DNA of 64,000 nucleotides, taken from Chlorokybus atmophyticus. Lineage: Eukaryota; Plantae; Mesostigma and Chlorokybus algae. The notes beneath the pieces are model-generated. The model saw only the letters and a list, made by a program, of their open reading frames with translations, did not search any database and was not told the origin of the DNA. This document shows, one piece after another, positions 1 through 12,912 of the stretch (positions are counted from its first letter, which is position 1; the number at the start of each line of letters is the position of its first letter). Made by a program: the position numbers and the translations under genes. The stretch covers positions 1,405,962 to 1,469,961 of the forward strand of contig RHPI01000810.1 of NCBI GenBank assembly GCA_009103225.1, given 5' to 3'.

Positions 1-584
1 CGCTCAATATTAACATGGGCATTTGTATCACAAGTTTCTTAATTCGTGTGCTGTTTGCTGCCAATGCAATGATAGCAACATGCCACAAGCTATTGCCATC
101 GCATTCATGTGCATCCATATGGTAGCATAACAATAGTAATGCATGTTCAAGCCTTTAAATGTAAGATCATCTTTGACCATTTATCAATGACCTAACAAAT
201 TCTATTAGTATATACGTTAATTAAATTTGAACATAGCAATAAAGTATATTGCATTTATCACTTAACATTGCGCAGATTTCCTTGATGTTGGTCTTGATGC
301 ATTGTACATGCAACACATGACGGTGCACGTTCACAAGCTAAATGTTGCACAGTGTAACAGAGTCGCTGTCACCGTAGTGGATAGTTTTGCAAGCATGACA
401 ATTCTCAGAGCCTGTTAGGAGATAGGTATCATGCTGTAAGATGATGACTCGTCACGCTTTGCTGCATAGCGAGTCACCACGCGTGACGCCAGATGATATG
501 ATTATCCAACAAAACATTAAACTTGGCGTATTAGCGAAGGCGTCCTTGTCGTTGCCGGCGTCGTTGCCGGCGTCCTTGAGGCCC

Positions 585-3500
585 ATGGCGGCATTGTCCT
601 CCTCCTGGTTGATTTTGTTTCCACCCCTAACGCTGCTATCTTCGTCGCCTCCGCCTGCCGCCGCCTCCCCGCAGCTGCATGCCCGCCGGCGCAGCAGCCT
701 GGGTTGCAGCTGCAGCTTCACCTGCAGCCCAGCAGGCGGCGGCGGCGGCGGCGGCGGTGTCGTGGGCGAGGGCCTGGAGCGAGGCGTTCAATTTGATGGA
801 GGCATCGGAGTGCATGGACGACGGCGATCAGGCGTTCGTGCTCGTGCTGGCCGTAGAGACAGGGACTGGGAGAGCGACAGGGATAGAGATAGGGATAGAG
901 ATAGGGAGAGGGATAGGGTTAGAGACAGGGACAGGGATAGGGATAAGGATAGGCTCAGGGACATGGAGCAGGAAGAGGAGGCGGTTGAGGACGATCCCTG
1001 GGGGGCGTTCCTGGCTTATTTAGGGTTGAGGCAGCCTCCAAGGTATGGCTACACATTAGCCGCATTGATATGTCATACTTACACCGTAGCTTGCTGTTGA
1101 TTACACGCCTTCTTCTTGCTTTCTTTTCCGAAACCCCAATTGCATTGCAGCTGCGCTTTGCTGATGGCATTGCAGTTGCAGCATCTACACATGCTCACTG
1201 TTTTTCTGTTCTCCGTGTTAGCAGTATGAGCATGCATGCAAGTAAGAGGCACATCACTTTGTGTGTTACATATGCAGTACCAGACACTTACATACATACA
1301 TCTCACTCTGTCGCATATTGAGGAAGTAAGGAAAGTGCATTCGATGCATGCAATGCATTCAGTTGCAAAGCCAGTTTGGTCCAAGTTGTTACACCCGATC
1401 ACATGTGTTTGGGTTGCAGAGGAGCGAATAATAACCCGCAAGAGCGCGAGCGTGAGCGTGAGCGAGAGATGGGTTGGGGCACGCACGTGGACCCTGTCGA
1501 CGGCGTGGCTGAGTACGACGACCCGTATGCGGCGGCGGAGGAGCAGCGGCGCTTCTCGGCGGATCACATGGACCATGAGGATGAGAACGATTGGGAGGAT
1601 TGGATTGACCGATCGTACTTCACGCGAGGTGTGTGTTTGTGATGCGTGTGTGTGCATGTGTGTGCGTGCGAGCAGTTTTGGTTGTGCTGTTTTGCTACTG
1701 GAAGTGGCAGCATGTGCAGCAGCTAGACTTGAAGCTTAAGTGAAGGGTTGCGATGCTTGCGAATGGGGTCCGTATGTATGGTGTAGTGTGATGCACGCTG
1801 AGTGCAATTTTTGGCAGAGCGCGCGTGTGCGTGTGCGTGTGCATGGCCCATGCGCGTGCACCTGCGCGTCCCTGTGCGAGTGCGGGTGTTATGTATTTTG
1901 AATCAAACATACCACTTGCAGCTGGAGTGAGTCTTGCAGTGCAGTGTCAAGTGTTCATCTGCACTTTCCTGAGCTTTGTGTCACTGGTGACGCTCCATAT
2001 TGTCCAGTGGCTATTAAGCACTCAGTCAAAGCACTTGTGTCGGTTTGGGAATGTTGCCATTATACCAGTGGTCTTGTTGGGAAGTTGGCTTTGGCCTCTT
2101 GACCGGATTGCAATCTGAACAAAAGTCAAACAAAGTAAGCGTTGATAGCGCGCGTACGAACATTCTGTCTTGCAGTTGTGAGTGTCACCAAATGGTCACA
2201 TTTGCTAGCAAAAACTGTTGCCAATAGGTGTAGACATGATACGCACATACGCACCTGTGTGTGAATGTTGCAAGAAGCACTGTCAACAGATAGTTTATTG
2301 GCAGGAAGGAGCCGCGCCGGTTTGTGGGACGAGGAACAGTCTGAGCTGAGTGACTGGCTCGACGGCGTGCCTCTGCGCCGCCGCACGTACCGCCGCCCCA
2401 CTCCCCTCGAGGAGCTACGACGCATCGTGGAAGACGACCCGGAGGACCCCAACGAGTACGAGCCCCTCATCGACCGCGCCGTACGGTTCTTCTCCAGAGA
2501 GTCGGTAAGGTGGTGCACTGGCCAACACAAAACAACAAGTTGAAGAGTATATATATGCGCGCGCGCACGCGCGTTACATTTCAATGTTTGGCTGATGCAT
2601 TGCATGCAATCGCAGGTCAAGTTCATGATGGTGGTGGTTCTTGTTCCGTTTGTGTCTGGGTGGACGGCACACGCGTACCTATTCGAACCACTGACTACCA
2701 AGTATGTGTGTGTTGGTACAAACGTGTGTGTCGATGTGCGTGTGGTGCAAACGGGTGTGCAATGCTGGCAGGTTGGACGAAATGGCCCCGAGAGCGTTTG
2801 CTCTGCGCGACAATCAGAAGGTGCGGTTTGCTGGCATGGTGAAGCAGGAGGAGTTCCGGCTCAAGTTTGAGGCCATGGTTGGCAAGACTCCACCGCTGTC
2901 TGATGAAGAACTCCTTAGCTACATGCGCGAAACGGCGTATGTGCATGACATCATGCTTGACACCACCAATATTGGCATTAGCGGCATCACGCCCACTGTT
3001 TGGGTGCATGTTGGCAGGCGCACCCGTACACGTGTGTCTGTGTGCATGCATGCGTGTGTGCATGCATGTATGCGTGCCCGCGTGTGTGTGACGCTTCATG
3101 CTGTTGTTGTGCAGTTTGGAGTTGGCGCATCACGGCAGGGAGTCCAACCGGGAAGGCTTCTCAAACCTGATGTCCGATGCGGTGGCATTCTGCGCGTTCT
3201 TAGGCGTGTTGGTGCAGAACCAGCGCAAGGTGCAGCTGCTCGCGCGCTCCATCGGCATATGGGCCTCGCGCCTTAGTGACACTGCCAAGGCCATATGCAT
3301 CATCCTGTTCTCTGATATCCTGCTCGGGTGAGATATATCTTCTACTACTCCTATTGAGTGCGGTGACATTTGCATGGCATGTTTGGTGAAGTTGATGTGA
3401 ACATTGGCACACAGGTATCACTCCGATGCTGGTTGGAAGGCCATGTTGGATGGAATCATTGAGAGGTATGGTGCGGAAGCGGACCAGCAGGCTATCACGA

Positions 3501-3714
3501 TCTTCATTGCGATTGTGCCGGTCTTCCTGGACTCAAGCTTCAAGTATTGGGTAAGTAGTTGTTGCAGTTGGGATTTGTGCACGTCAGATGCGTCAATGTG
3601 TGTGAATTGCAACGAGTGAACCTGTATACTTTTACCTACGCTCAGGTGTTCATGTACCTGAACAAGATATCTCCATCCACGACAGTGACCTTCCGCAGCA
3701 TGAACCGGCATTAG
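585..3714 (+). CDS. DLDG1: Nuclear-encoded CemA/Ycf10-family chloroplast envelope protein (DLDG1-type), about 8 exons
   Basis: Ser/Ala-rich transit-peptide-like start MAALSSSW (ATG 585) and GT donor at ~1043. Later exons read ...SRLSDTAKAICIILFSDILLG|YHSDAGWKAMLDGIIERYG...ITIFIAIVPVFLDSSFKYW|VFMYLNKISPSTTVTFRSMNRH* (TAG 3712-3714). This matches the CemA C-terminal TM region with the plant nuclear-paralog ending ...RH*. Confidence 0.85.
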
Positions 3715-4560
3715 TGATGGGTTTCAGGCAATAGTAATGCGTTTCAGGCATTGTGGTATCAATGACGGGTTGTACAGGCTATGCACGCGCTCTCCAGTTT
3801 GATGTTGCATCATGTTGCATGCAATTGAGCTGTCTAGCACGCTGTTTATGTTATGTCGCGCGTGATAGCGATACTGCAGTCACACAACCCAAGGCCTGCA
3901 ACAGCGATGCCACTTGCGCCAGAGTGAGTACCAGCATCAAGGAGAAAACCCAACCTTACCATGCGCTTGGTAGCTACGCAGGAGCATTCCCTGTCAACTT
4001 GCATGAAGTGAGCAAGTTGTGGTGTCAGGTACATGACTTTCACACCAGATGGCTATAAGTTCCTGTAACACGCCAACTGGCAAAACACACCAGAAACTCA
4101 AGCAAGCACCGCGCCCTGTACCCGCAACCATTCGGCAGATTGGGTGTAGTCATCATTGGGTGAGGGTTCCATCTGGTATGGCTGGCAGTTGCACTGATTT
4201 CAGTAAGGACAGTGGTCGCTGTGCTTGGCGTGGCAAAGCATGTCTTGCTCAATAACAAGGGCCTGGGCCAACGCACATGCATGCACATTATTGCATTAGC
4301 GATTTCTTGTAGTCTTATCTTAGACACTTATCTCGCTGCACAAAAACCAGCCAGTTGGAGCAGGGCACATGTAGTTGTAGGCAGCAGCGATGCGACAAGA
4401 ACAGGCGCATTCGTGTTACGTGGGAATCAATGGCAATGCACAAAATGTTTGCAAGATTCGCGAGGCTGGTGTGTTGGCAGCCTTGTTGGGGTACCTTCTG
4501 ATACACTATGTACAAGCAGACAGACAACCAACAGCATGGTGCGGGGACTGCATCCCAGTG

Positions 4561-6632
4561 TCAACTTCGTATTGTGTTGAACTGTTCCCTCAGTGCTTCC
4601 AGCTCCGCTTCTTCATCTCCTTGCGCTGCCACTGCAGCAGGCTCTGCAGGCTGAGCCCTTGCCGGCACCTGCAAAGTGCAAGTAATAGACATTACTACCA
4701 ATACATTTTCACCATGACCAACAGCGTGCGTGCATGCTTGTGCATTTCTGTGTACGCGTGCGCGTGTACGTGCGCGTGTATGTGTGGTGTGTGCGCAGAT
4801 GTGCTCGTTTGTGTCTGTGTGTGCGCTCTCCCATGCATATGCGCGGAAGTGTGTACACTACTTGTAGCATCAACTGTGTAATGACGCGTAAAGCGTAATG
4901 TGGTGCAAGTAATTGCTGAAACCTTTGACAAAAAGTGAGTTGTCCTTCTCTGACAGCCACACAATAAGGTGCACACATCTTGTTTTTAACAAACATCACC
5001 TTAGCAGCTGGCCGAGCAGGCAGCTGTTGCGCGACCTCTCCGGCAATCTCATCCAGCACGGCCTGCACCTCCGTCTCCGTCTCCTCCTCAGCATCCTCCG
5101 TGTCGAGGGCGGAGTCAACGGCGTCTTCCAGAAACTCTTCAATCACGCCCGCCTGATGGATGTATCACACATGTCACCATGTGCACACTAGAAGACACAC
5201 ACAACAACAGCGTGTTGGGGTAAAACAAACCTTGGTGAGCTCCTTTGCGAGCTCCTGCATCGTGGCGGCCATCTCGGGCATCTTCACCATGTTGTTCACG
5301 AGCTTCATCACCTCGGTGCTCTTCTGCAGATGGCCGGTCACCCGCACCATAGCTGCCAACACGCAACACAATGGGTTACTTGTGGCACACAACAACGAGG
5401 TTGTGAGGCAAACGAGCTGACACAACCATTGATACATTGTAAAGTCACTGGACTTATAAAAGAAATGTGTGCCCACGCACTGTTGGTATGCCAAGTATAC
5501 TGTCAAAGTGCAATTTTGCACATGTACACACTGATGGTATGCCTGTGTGAGTGCGTGCGCATGTGTGTGTGCGTGCGTGCGTGCCTGTGTGCTTAAGTGT
5601 AAGTGTGTGTGTGTGTGTTTGCTCACCAAGATTTTCTGCCAGGTGCATGGAGACGGAGTTGAGGTGCGCTTTGTTCTCGTACAAGCGGGCAACTGTGCGG
5701 TGTGAGCGCACGAGTTCACGTGCCAATGATCGTGCCGAGGCCAGATCATTGCGCTTCGCGCACTCCTTTATTGACTTCTTCACACCCTTCTCCTCCCTTT
5801 CAATCTCCCTCACCTGCACGAGTGACCATGCTTGGGCAATTTCTTCAGAGTATTGTACGCAAACACATGCATGTGCACACATGCACGCACTTACTAACAA
5901 ACACATCTGCGTGCGCACACACAACCACACGTGGGCGCTATTGTAGCCAGGTGCACCCATGCTGACCAGGACGCATTCTCTACTCTGCTTGCATAGGCGC
6001 ACAGGCGTGTGTGGTTGCATATGAGAGCATTTGCACACACAAACGAGCATGGTTGCAGTGCACTGATAACAAGTATGCAATGGACAGTCAGTGTTTTTAG
6101 CCACTTGCCTGTCGTTCAAGCGACCTCATCTCGGTTCGTATCTTGCGCTGCCATTCTCGCACCTGTTGAGTGACATATAATGAGCGCAAAGCTACAAAAG
6201 ATTCATCCTGCTCACGCACAACATTGAGCTTCTGGTAAGCCATCATTAACGAGTTTGCCCGCAGTACAGACACAACATGTGACAGTACCAAACAGAAGTC
6301 CACATGTGATTGCTGAAGCACAACATGTGACACACAACAGACAGAACAAGTATTGAAGTATGTAAACGTGATTGTGAACTTCTCCCTGTGCTGTTTAAAT
6401 ATACCAAAGGTACTTGCTCAAAACGATGAAGTGCTGGCACAGTAACGAGCACACGTACACATGTGTTACTGTGGCAGCACACACTGTCACACTTTTTTTC
6501 TCCCAAACTCAAACTCACACCTACATTCAACCGTACGCAAAAGACAACCAAAACAACAGTCCTGGCTACCTGTTCCTGTGGTGTTGGCTTCTTCTTGAAC
6601 ACTCCCAAAACACTGTTCGCCGCCTGCTGCAT
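4561..6632 (-). CDS. VPS24: ESCRT-III subunit VPS24/CHMP3 (Snf7 family), about 6 exons
   Basis: Spliced peptides MQQAANSVLGVFKKKPTPQEQ|VREWQRKIRTEMRSLERQ|VREIEREEKGVKKSIKECAKRNDLASARSLARELVRSHRTVARLYENKAHLNSVSMHL|GHLQKSTEVMKLVNNMVKMPEMAATMQELAKEL|AGVIEEFLEDAVDSALD...|...EAELEALREQFNTIRS*. Confidence 0.93.
4902..4978. repeat. 77-bp exact duplicate (copy 1, VPS24 intron)
   Basis: GGTGCAAGTAATTGCTGAAACC...GGTGCACACAT is identical to 10881-10957. Confidence 0.97.
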
Positions 6633-6954
6633 TGCAGGCAGCCCAACAAGAGAGATCTAATTCTCCCACAACCAAAGGCAAGACAGGGACTCTCTCTGTC
6701 CTTCTCTTCTCAGCCTGGCATGCTGCTGATGATGGCAGACACAGGCACAGCTGGCCAGGCCGGCGGTGGACAACCAGCTGGCCAGACCGACGAGGAGGAT
6801 GCTGAAGATCAAGAGGATGGCAAAGAGGAGAAGACGTAGGAGGAGAAAGAGCAGGAGATGGAGCAGGGGAACGCCGCCGCCCACAACGCACTGACTAAAA
6901 TTGAAGCTTGCTATATGCTAGTAGCGAAAGCGAAAGTTGCTAAGCTTAACGGCA

Positions 6955-6963
6955 TTAGGGTTT
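6955..6963 (+). promoter_or_regulatory. Telo-box upstream of the ZNF511-like gene, within the VPS24/ZNF511 divergent spacer
   Basis: Exact TTAGGGTTT 30 nt before ATG 6993. Confidence 0.45.
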
Positions 6964-6992
6964 GAAAATTTGATTTGCTGGCAAATGCTCAC

Positions 6993-8268
6993 ATGCTGGC
7001 GCATGACGGCGACGGGGCGGCGGCGGCGGCGGGGAAGGAGGAGGAGGACGGCGTGGAGGGGCATGAAGACGCAGGAGGAGGAGGAGGAGGAGCGCCGCTT
7101 ACGACGGCGGCGATGGAATGGACTTTCCCAGTTTACAGGCCTCTGCGGCGCAGGCTGAAGCCTGACCACACTCTGTTTGCTTATGGCAACATTGAGCGGG
7201 AGCTGTTAGCCAAACAGGTGTGAAATGTGTTTGGTTCAAGATGTGTGCTACTTGTTAGAGGCAGCTTGCTTGTTGATGGTTGTTTGGTTGTGCATGCAGA
7301 TTGCTCTGGCATTGACTCCTGAAGAAGAAGCTCAGCTGCTGCGAGATGAAGACACAGCATCCACATCAAACACCAGGCACGGTTACATGTGTTCATCCTA
7401 TACTGCCTTGTTTGTGTTGGCAGTTGTTTATCTGCGCTCTCAATCAGCATTCATCAGCAATTCATGTGGTCGATTGTGTGTTGGAAGTAATCTTTTGTTG
7501 TGTTTGTTGTATGTAGTGGTTTTATGGTGTGTCCCATGGCGGGATGCAAGAAGCCGTTTCGCAGCACAGCCGCGTTTGAGCAACATTATGACACGCAGCA
7601 TCGCGCCGCCTGCAGCGTGTGCCGGCGTGTGTTCCCCACGCAGAGGATTCTTTCCATCCATATGTCTGAGCGCCATGACTCGTACTTTGCTGCCATGGCT
7701 GCTCGCGGCATGAAAGTGGTAAGTGAACATGTTGTAGGATGTGTGCATAAGTTTGCACACGCACGCGCATTCATGTAGCTGTGCAATTTGGGTTAAACAG
7801 TACTGTCATGCATACATCACCAACTTGTGCACGTGTGCGCAGTTTGAGTGTCTCGTGGAATCTTGCGGCAAGAAGTTTGAAGACGACGAGGCCCGATGTT
7901 CACACATGGTGATGAAGCACAACTTCCCAAAGGGTTACCGTTTTTCCGCTCCTCGCCGGCTGTCCAAGAAGCAGCGACAGAAGTCCGGCCAAACTAACAA
8001 ACCCAAACCCATGCAATTCACGCAACCCACGCAAAGTGTGTCCATGGATGTGGACTCGCTGTCCAACGCTATGTCAAAGTTGAGTACAGTCACCGCTGAG
8101 ACGGCAAAGCTGCCAGACAACATTAGCTTCGGGAGGCGTGGACGAGGCGGCGCCTCAAGCGGCCTGATGATGCTTCCTCGCAAGGTAATGCAGTCGCGTG
8201 GTCGTGGTCATAGTGATATCGTACAGAGTGACAGGACGCAAAGTTCAACTGATGTAAGTATGTTGTAA
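6993..8268 (+). CDS. ZNF511: C2H2 zinc finger protein, ZNF511-like
   Basis: N-terminal RPLRRRLKPDHTLFAYGNIERE, then CPMAGCKKPF...HYDTQH, CSVCRRVFPTQRILSIHMSERHDSYF, FECLVESCGKKF...HMVMKHNFPKGYRF and C-terminal PDNISFGRRGRG. The start ATG and the exact 3' end are uncertain. Confidence 0.8.
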
Positions 8269-8970
8269 AGATGAGTGCGCTGCATCCAGCAAGCAGTGTG
8301 TGTTTGTGTGCTGTTAAGAGCCTTGGTTGCCGCAGCTGCTATGATGTAAGTGCCGCGAGTGTTTAACACAGCACATAAGCACATAGCACTTTGAGAGATG
8401 TGTATCCGTATAAGTGGGTGCGCGTTTTTGGGACAAGTCAGTATTGCCTACGTGATGAAGATGCGCGCGTGCGTGCGCGTGCGCGTGCGGGTGCGCGTGT
8501 GCGTGTTGTTGCGTGTGCGTGCTGCTTTCTGGTTGTTTGGTAGACACACGGATATCGGCAAAGACATGGAGGTGACACATGTATAGGGACCAAGTAAACA
8601 CGCGCATATATAGCCACCCTATACATGCGTGTGGCTACTAGGTCATGTGGCACATTGTAAAAGCCCCTGTGGTCATCGCCCAGCGTGCATACAGCGGATG
8701 TGAAGTTGCTGGTTGTCTTCATGCTCCATGCTTTGCCACAATGACGTGGCATGCTACACGCCATGCATGTAGGATGTATGCAGCAGCAAGCACACCTCAT
8801 CAAGGGCTTACATTTACACAGATCAGTTGTTAGCTATTCACATATGCTGTATCCGATACCATCGTGGCAACACAACACAACATTTGACAATCTGCCCCAC
8901 GACACAAACCACTACCAGTGATATCCAGCGCTATACACAACTGTGGTGAGCCGCCACTCTCCCCGCACGT

Positions 8971-11900
8971 TCAAGGGATATGCTCGAGTCCCATTCGTTG
9001 CTGGTGATGGCGCCTGATAAACACAAAGCCAACCGCAGCAGCGATCGCAACACACACTGACAGGATGACAATCACAGCCACAAGGCCAGGTGAAAGGCCT
9101 CCCCCTCCACTCTTGCTGCTCTTGCACTCCACCGCAACCTCCGAGCACATGCCCACAAGGCTCTTGGCATTGTCGTTGACACTCGCGCAGGTGAAGTGAT
9201 TGCCCAATAGACTTACATCCCATGTGCCGTTGCTGATATTATCCACAATGGTCTGTGTCTGCAGAGACAACAGTCAACGCAATGGCGTGTACATACTGTC
9301 TAAAGAGAGATATGATGATGATCCTCACCTGCAGCCATGAAGGCAATGCTCCGGACAGGCGATTGTTCTGTGCATGAAAAGTGTTTAGAAGCTCGCCTAT
9401 TGGATCCGACCCTTGAATCAATCCCAAGTTTCCTGCGATTGGTACGTTGCAAGTGTTGCGTCATCAACTAGTGTACGGGTAGCCAGAGTTCTTTGCAATG
9501 AGCTTTTACCCCAAACTACATCAAAACTTACGCCAATCATCTGGAATTGCACCGCAGAAGTCATTGTCACTGATGTCCAATACATATATGTTCCTACATC
9601 ACACATCCACCAATCAAAGCAGTGATTTCAGGCTAACATTACACGCAGTTGTCTCATTGTGACGTTGTAAGGTTCATTCTCAAGTGTTGTGTGTGTGTGC
9701 TTACGAGGTATTGGTGTCGAGCGCAGGTAGTGCGCCCGCCAGCTTGTTGGCGTGTACATCAAGCTGGCGCAGTTCTGGCAGAGCCAGCAGTGTGTCCGAT
9801 AGGCCTCCTGTGAGGGAGTTGTTGCCCAACATGACTGTCTCAAGCAAGGGCGGCCAGGAGCCTGGCAACTCCCCTGACAGCTGGCAACTATCCATGGCAA
9901 GCACCTGAAAAGGCAACACACATGTGTTGTTCACTGCTGATGGTGCTGATGATGCCAACATTGCCAACACACGACACACGCCGACGCATGGTCATACAGC
10001 CATCTACCTGCAGGTTGCTGAGCTCTGATATGCTGCTTGGCAACTCAGCCTTCAATGGCGTTCCGGACATGTCAAGTATTGCCAACGATGAAGTGGATGG
10101 AAAAGACGTTGGTATTGGCCCCGAAAACCTGAAATAGTACGCTCAAACACTGAGAGTGAGCGTGCGTGCCCGCGCGCGCGCGTGTGCGCGTGTGTGTGTG
10201 TGTTTGTGTGCGTGCATGCGTATATATACTTGTTGCATTGGCAACATCAACCCTCCACACTCACAAGTTGTTTCCAAGGTACAGCTCGTACAAGGACGGC
10301 ATTGCGAAGAGGCATTGTGGCAGCACACCAGACAGCTGCGCATAAGGAAGTAGTAGTCAACAACAAGTTACTGTGATGTTGGTGGAGTTATGCAACAATA
10401 GAGCGTACCGCGTTGTTGCTGATGTTGAGAAATGTAAGGTTGGCAGCGGACGCCAGCTGGCACGACACCTCCCCCGATAGTTGGTTGCCATCCAAGTGAA
10501 TGCTCTACACAAAGTGGGTTCAAGTTCAAGAAAAGAAGTGGCAGGAGACATTATGACCATCAGTGACTGCTGCACACACGTGCTTGTGTGTGTGCGTGCA
10601 TCAGTGTCGTGATGCACCTATACACATACACACATTTGAGTGTGTCCACCTGATAGTGCATTCTCCTTTACCTGCAAGGTAGGGTGGTTAGCGATGGCGG
10701 TTGCAGCGTAGTCGTCCAAAGTCCCCGTGATGCCGTTGTCGCTGAGCTTCAGGTCACGCAACTCGACAAAGTTGGCGAGCTCCGCGTACGGGAAGTCGCA
10801 CTCGAGGCCCCAACCAGAAAGACCCCTGCGATGCATGTGATGTTGAGTTGTGGTGTGGTGTGTGGGTGTGGGTGTGGGTGGGTGCAAGTAATTGCTGAAA
10901 CCTTTGACAAAAAGTGAGTTGTCCTTCTCTGACAGCCACACAATAAGGTGCACACATNNNNNNNNNNNNNNNNNNNNNNNNNNNNNNNNNNNNNNNNNNN
11001 NNNNNNNNNNNNNNNNNNNNNNNNNNNNNNNNNNNNNNNNNNNNNNNNNNNNNNNNNNNNNNNNNNNNNNNNNNNNNNNNNNNNNNNNNNNNNNNNNNNN
11101 NNNNNNNNNNNNNNNNNNNNNNNNNNNNNNNNNNNNNNNNNNNNNNNNNNNNNNNNNNNNNNNNNNNNNNNNNNNNNNNNNNNNNNNNNNNNNNNNNNNN
11201 NNNNNNNNNNNNNNNNNNNNNNNNNNNNNNNNNNNNNNNNNNNNNNNNNNNNNNNNNNNNNNNNNNNNNNNNNNNNNNGGGTGGGTGGGTGGGGGGGGAC
11301 GGCGCGGGGGCGCGCGTGTGTGTGCGCGCGTGTGTGAGATGGGTGATGTACATGACGATGATGTTTCCCTGTTCGTCGCACTGCGTCCCGCTCCCGCTGT
11401 AGCAGAACAGCGCGAACGGGAGGTTGTTCGTGCGGCCCCTGCAGCCGCTCGACTTGCAACACGCGCCGAACATACGCCTCAGCGCAGGCGCCTCCGACGC
11501 TGACACCGCCAGCACCTGCCGTTGCGTTGACTTCAATAACCTTAAGCTTCGAGATGCAGGAGGTACTTCGCACATGGATGCACACATGCATGGAGGTGCT
11601 TGTTGAACACGCGTGCATGCTCTGTCGGTGCATGTGTGCGCATGCGCATATGCGTGCAATGTGTACGCGTGCGTATATGCGCGTGGGTGTGCTCGCGTGC
11701 ACGTGCATCGCGCACATGTATGAGTGCTCGCGCGCTTGTGCGTGTGTGCTTGTGTGAAGGACATAGCCTCAATGCCATTGCCATACAGGAGTGCTAGTTA
11801 AACAGATGAAGTGTCTCTTGCCTTTGCATCGAGCGTGTACGCGAGCGTGTAGCTGCATTCCTCAGTGTCGCCTGCGGACACGCGTACGGCGTAGGTTCCC

Positions 11901-12561
11901 GGCCCGGAATTGGGGGCGTTGCGCGCGAACCACACCACGTCATCGCCCTCCGCGTTATCGTCCTCCGTCGCCCACTCGGGCTGCTCAGCCCCAACAATAA
12001 GAGCCTCCTCCACGGCCTGCAGGACACAATAAACAACTTCTTGTGTGTGGTGACTGTATCACCTCTGTTCTGGCAAGATACATGCATCACCCTTTGGCAT
12101 CATTGATACTGCACGCATGCCGTGCATTGTACCATTCTGCTATGCTTTTTGTACCATGTCATGACACACAGGTAACAACACGATTGGCATGCTATCACCT
12201 ACATGAGGCATAGCTTTTACATACATGTTGAGCATACATACATCCTCCTAACAGCAAGTATTGTAGCACGCAAAGCCTTCAACGCTGAGCATTGTCGCAG
12301 AAAGAGTGATGAACGAGTTGTTTTCATGCTTGCCTGGTGGGTGGCGAAGGCAAGGGCGCAGTCACTGGTGATTTGTGTCAGCCGCACGGTGATGTCCACC
12401 TGTATGTTGTTGGGGTTAAAGTTGATGTGTAGGTGTCAGTCAACAACGTTGCCATCACCTCTTCATCACCGACAACACGCTGCTGACCTGCTCCTGGGTT
12501 GTTGTAAAGTTGTAGAAGGCCACCTCGCCTCCTTGCAGGGAAGTCAACTCCGTCGGAACTC
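8971..12561 (-). CDS. Plant-type LRR receptor-like protein (extracellular LRRs, single TM, short tail, no kinase); 5' end probably in or beyond the N gap
   Basis: Exons give an LRRNT-like cap (SEAPALRRMFGACC...QCDEQGNIIVM|GLSGWGLECDFPY) and LRRs (LRDLKLSDNGITGTL; HLDGNQLSGEV; LAMDSCQLSGELP; VMLGNNSLTGGL; LDVHANKLAGALP; AQNNRLSGALPSW). These are followed by TM GLVAVIVILSVCVAIAAAVGFVFI and RRHHQQRMGLEHIP* (stop 8971-8973). Confidence 0.8.
10881..10957. repeat. 77-bp exact duplicate (copy 2, abutting N gap)
   Basis: Identical to 4902-4978 and ends exactly where the gap starts. Confidence 0.97.
10958..11278. other. Assembly gap (N run, 321 nt) inside an LRR gene intron
   Basis: Run of N in the sequence. 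Confidence 0.99.
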
Positions 12562-12667
12562 CTTATGAGGACGATGTTGTGGGATGCACGCAAACAGCAT
12601 GAAGAACACATTGACAGCACAGAGACGTGTGTGTGCGTGTGCGTGTGCGTGTGAGAGGGGGGGGGGG

Positions 12668-12912
12668 NNNNNNNNNNNNNNNNNNNNNNNNNNNNNNNNN
12701 NNNNNNNNNNNNNNNNNNNNNNNNNNNNNNNNNNNNNNNNNNNNNNNNNNNNNNNNNNNNNNNNNNNNNNNNNNNNNNNNNNNNNNNNNNNNNNNNNNNN
12801 NNNNNNNNNNNNNNNNNNNNNNNNNNNNNNNNNNNNNNNNNNNNNNNNNNNNNNNNNNNNNNNNNNNNNNNNNNNNNNNNNNNNNNNNNNNNNNNNNNNN
12901 NNNNNNNNNNNN
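12668..12912. other. Assembly gap (N run) flanked by poly-G on both sides
   Basis: Run of N with G homopolymers immediately left and right. Confidence 0.99.

Noticed and set aside
585-3714. cemA as a plastid DNA insertion (NUPT)
   Set aside because: It has multiple GT-AG introns, nuclear-like GC content and a transit-peptide-like N-terminus.
6657-6884. Hydrophobic 75-aa ORF upstream of VPS24
   Set aside because: It is a CT-rich low-complexity leader region, more likely 5' UTR; it cannot be excluded as a uORF.
8300-8970. Kinase exons completing an LRR-RLK
   Set aside because: No VAIK, HRD or DFG-type motifs found downstream of the TM exon.
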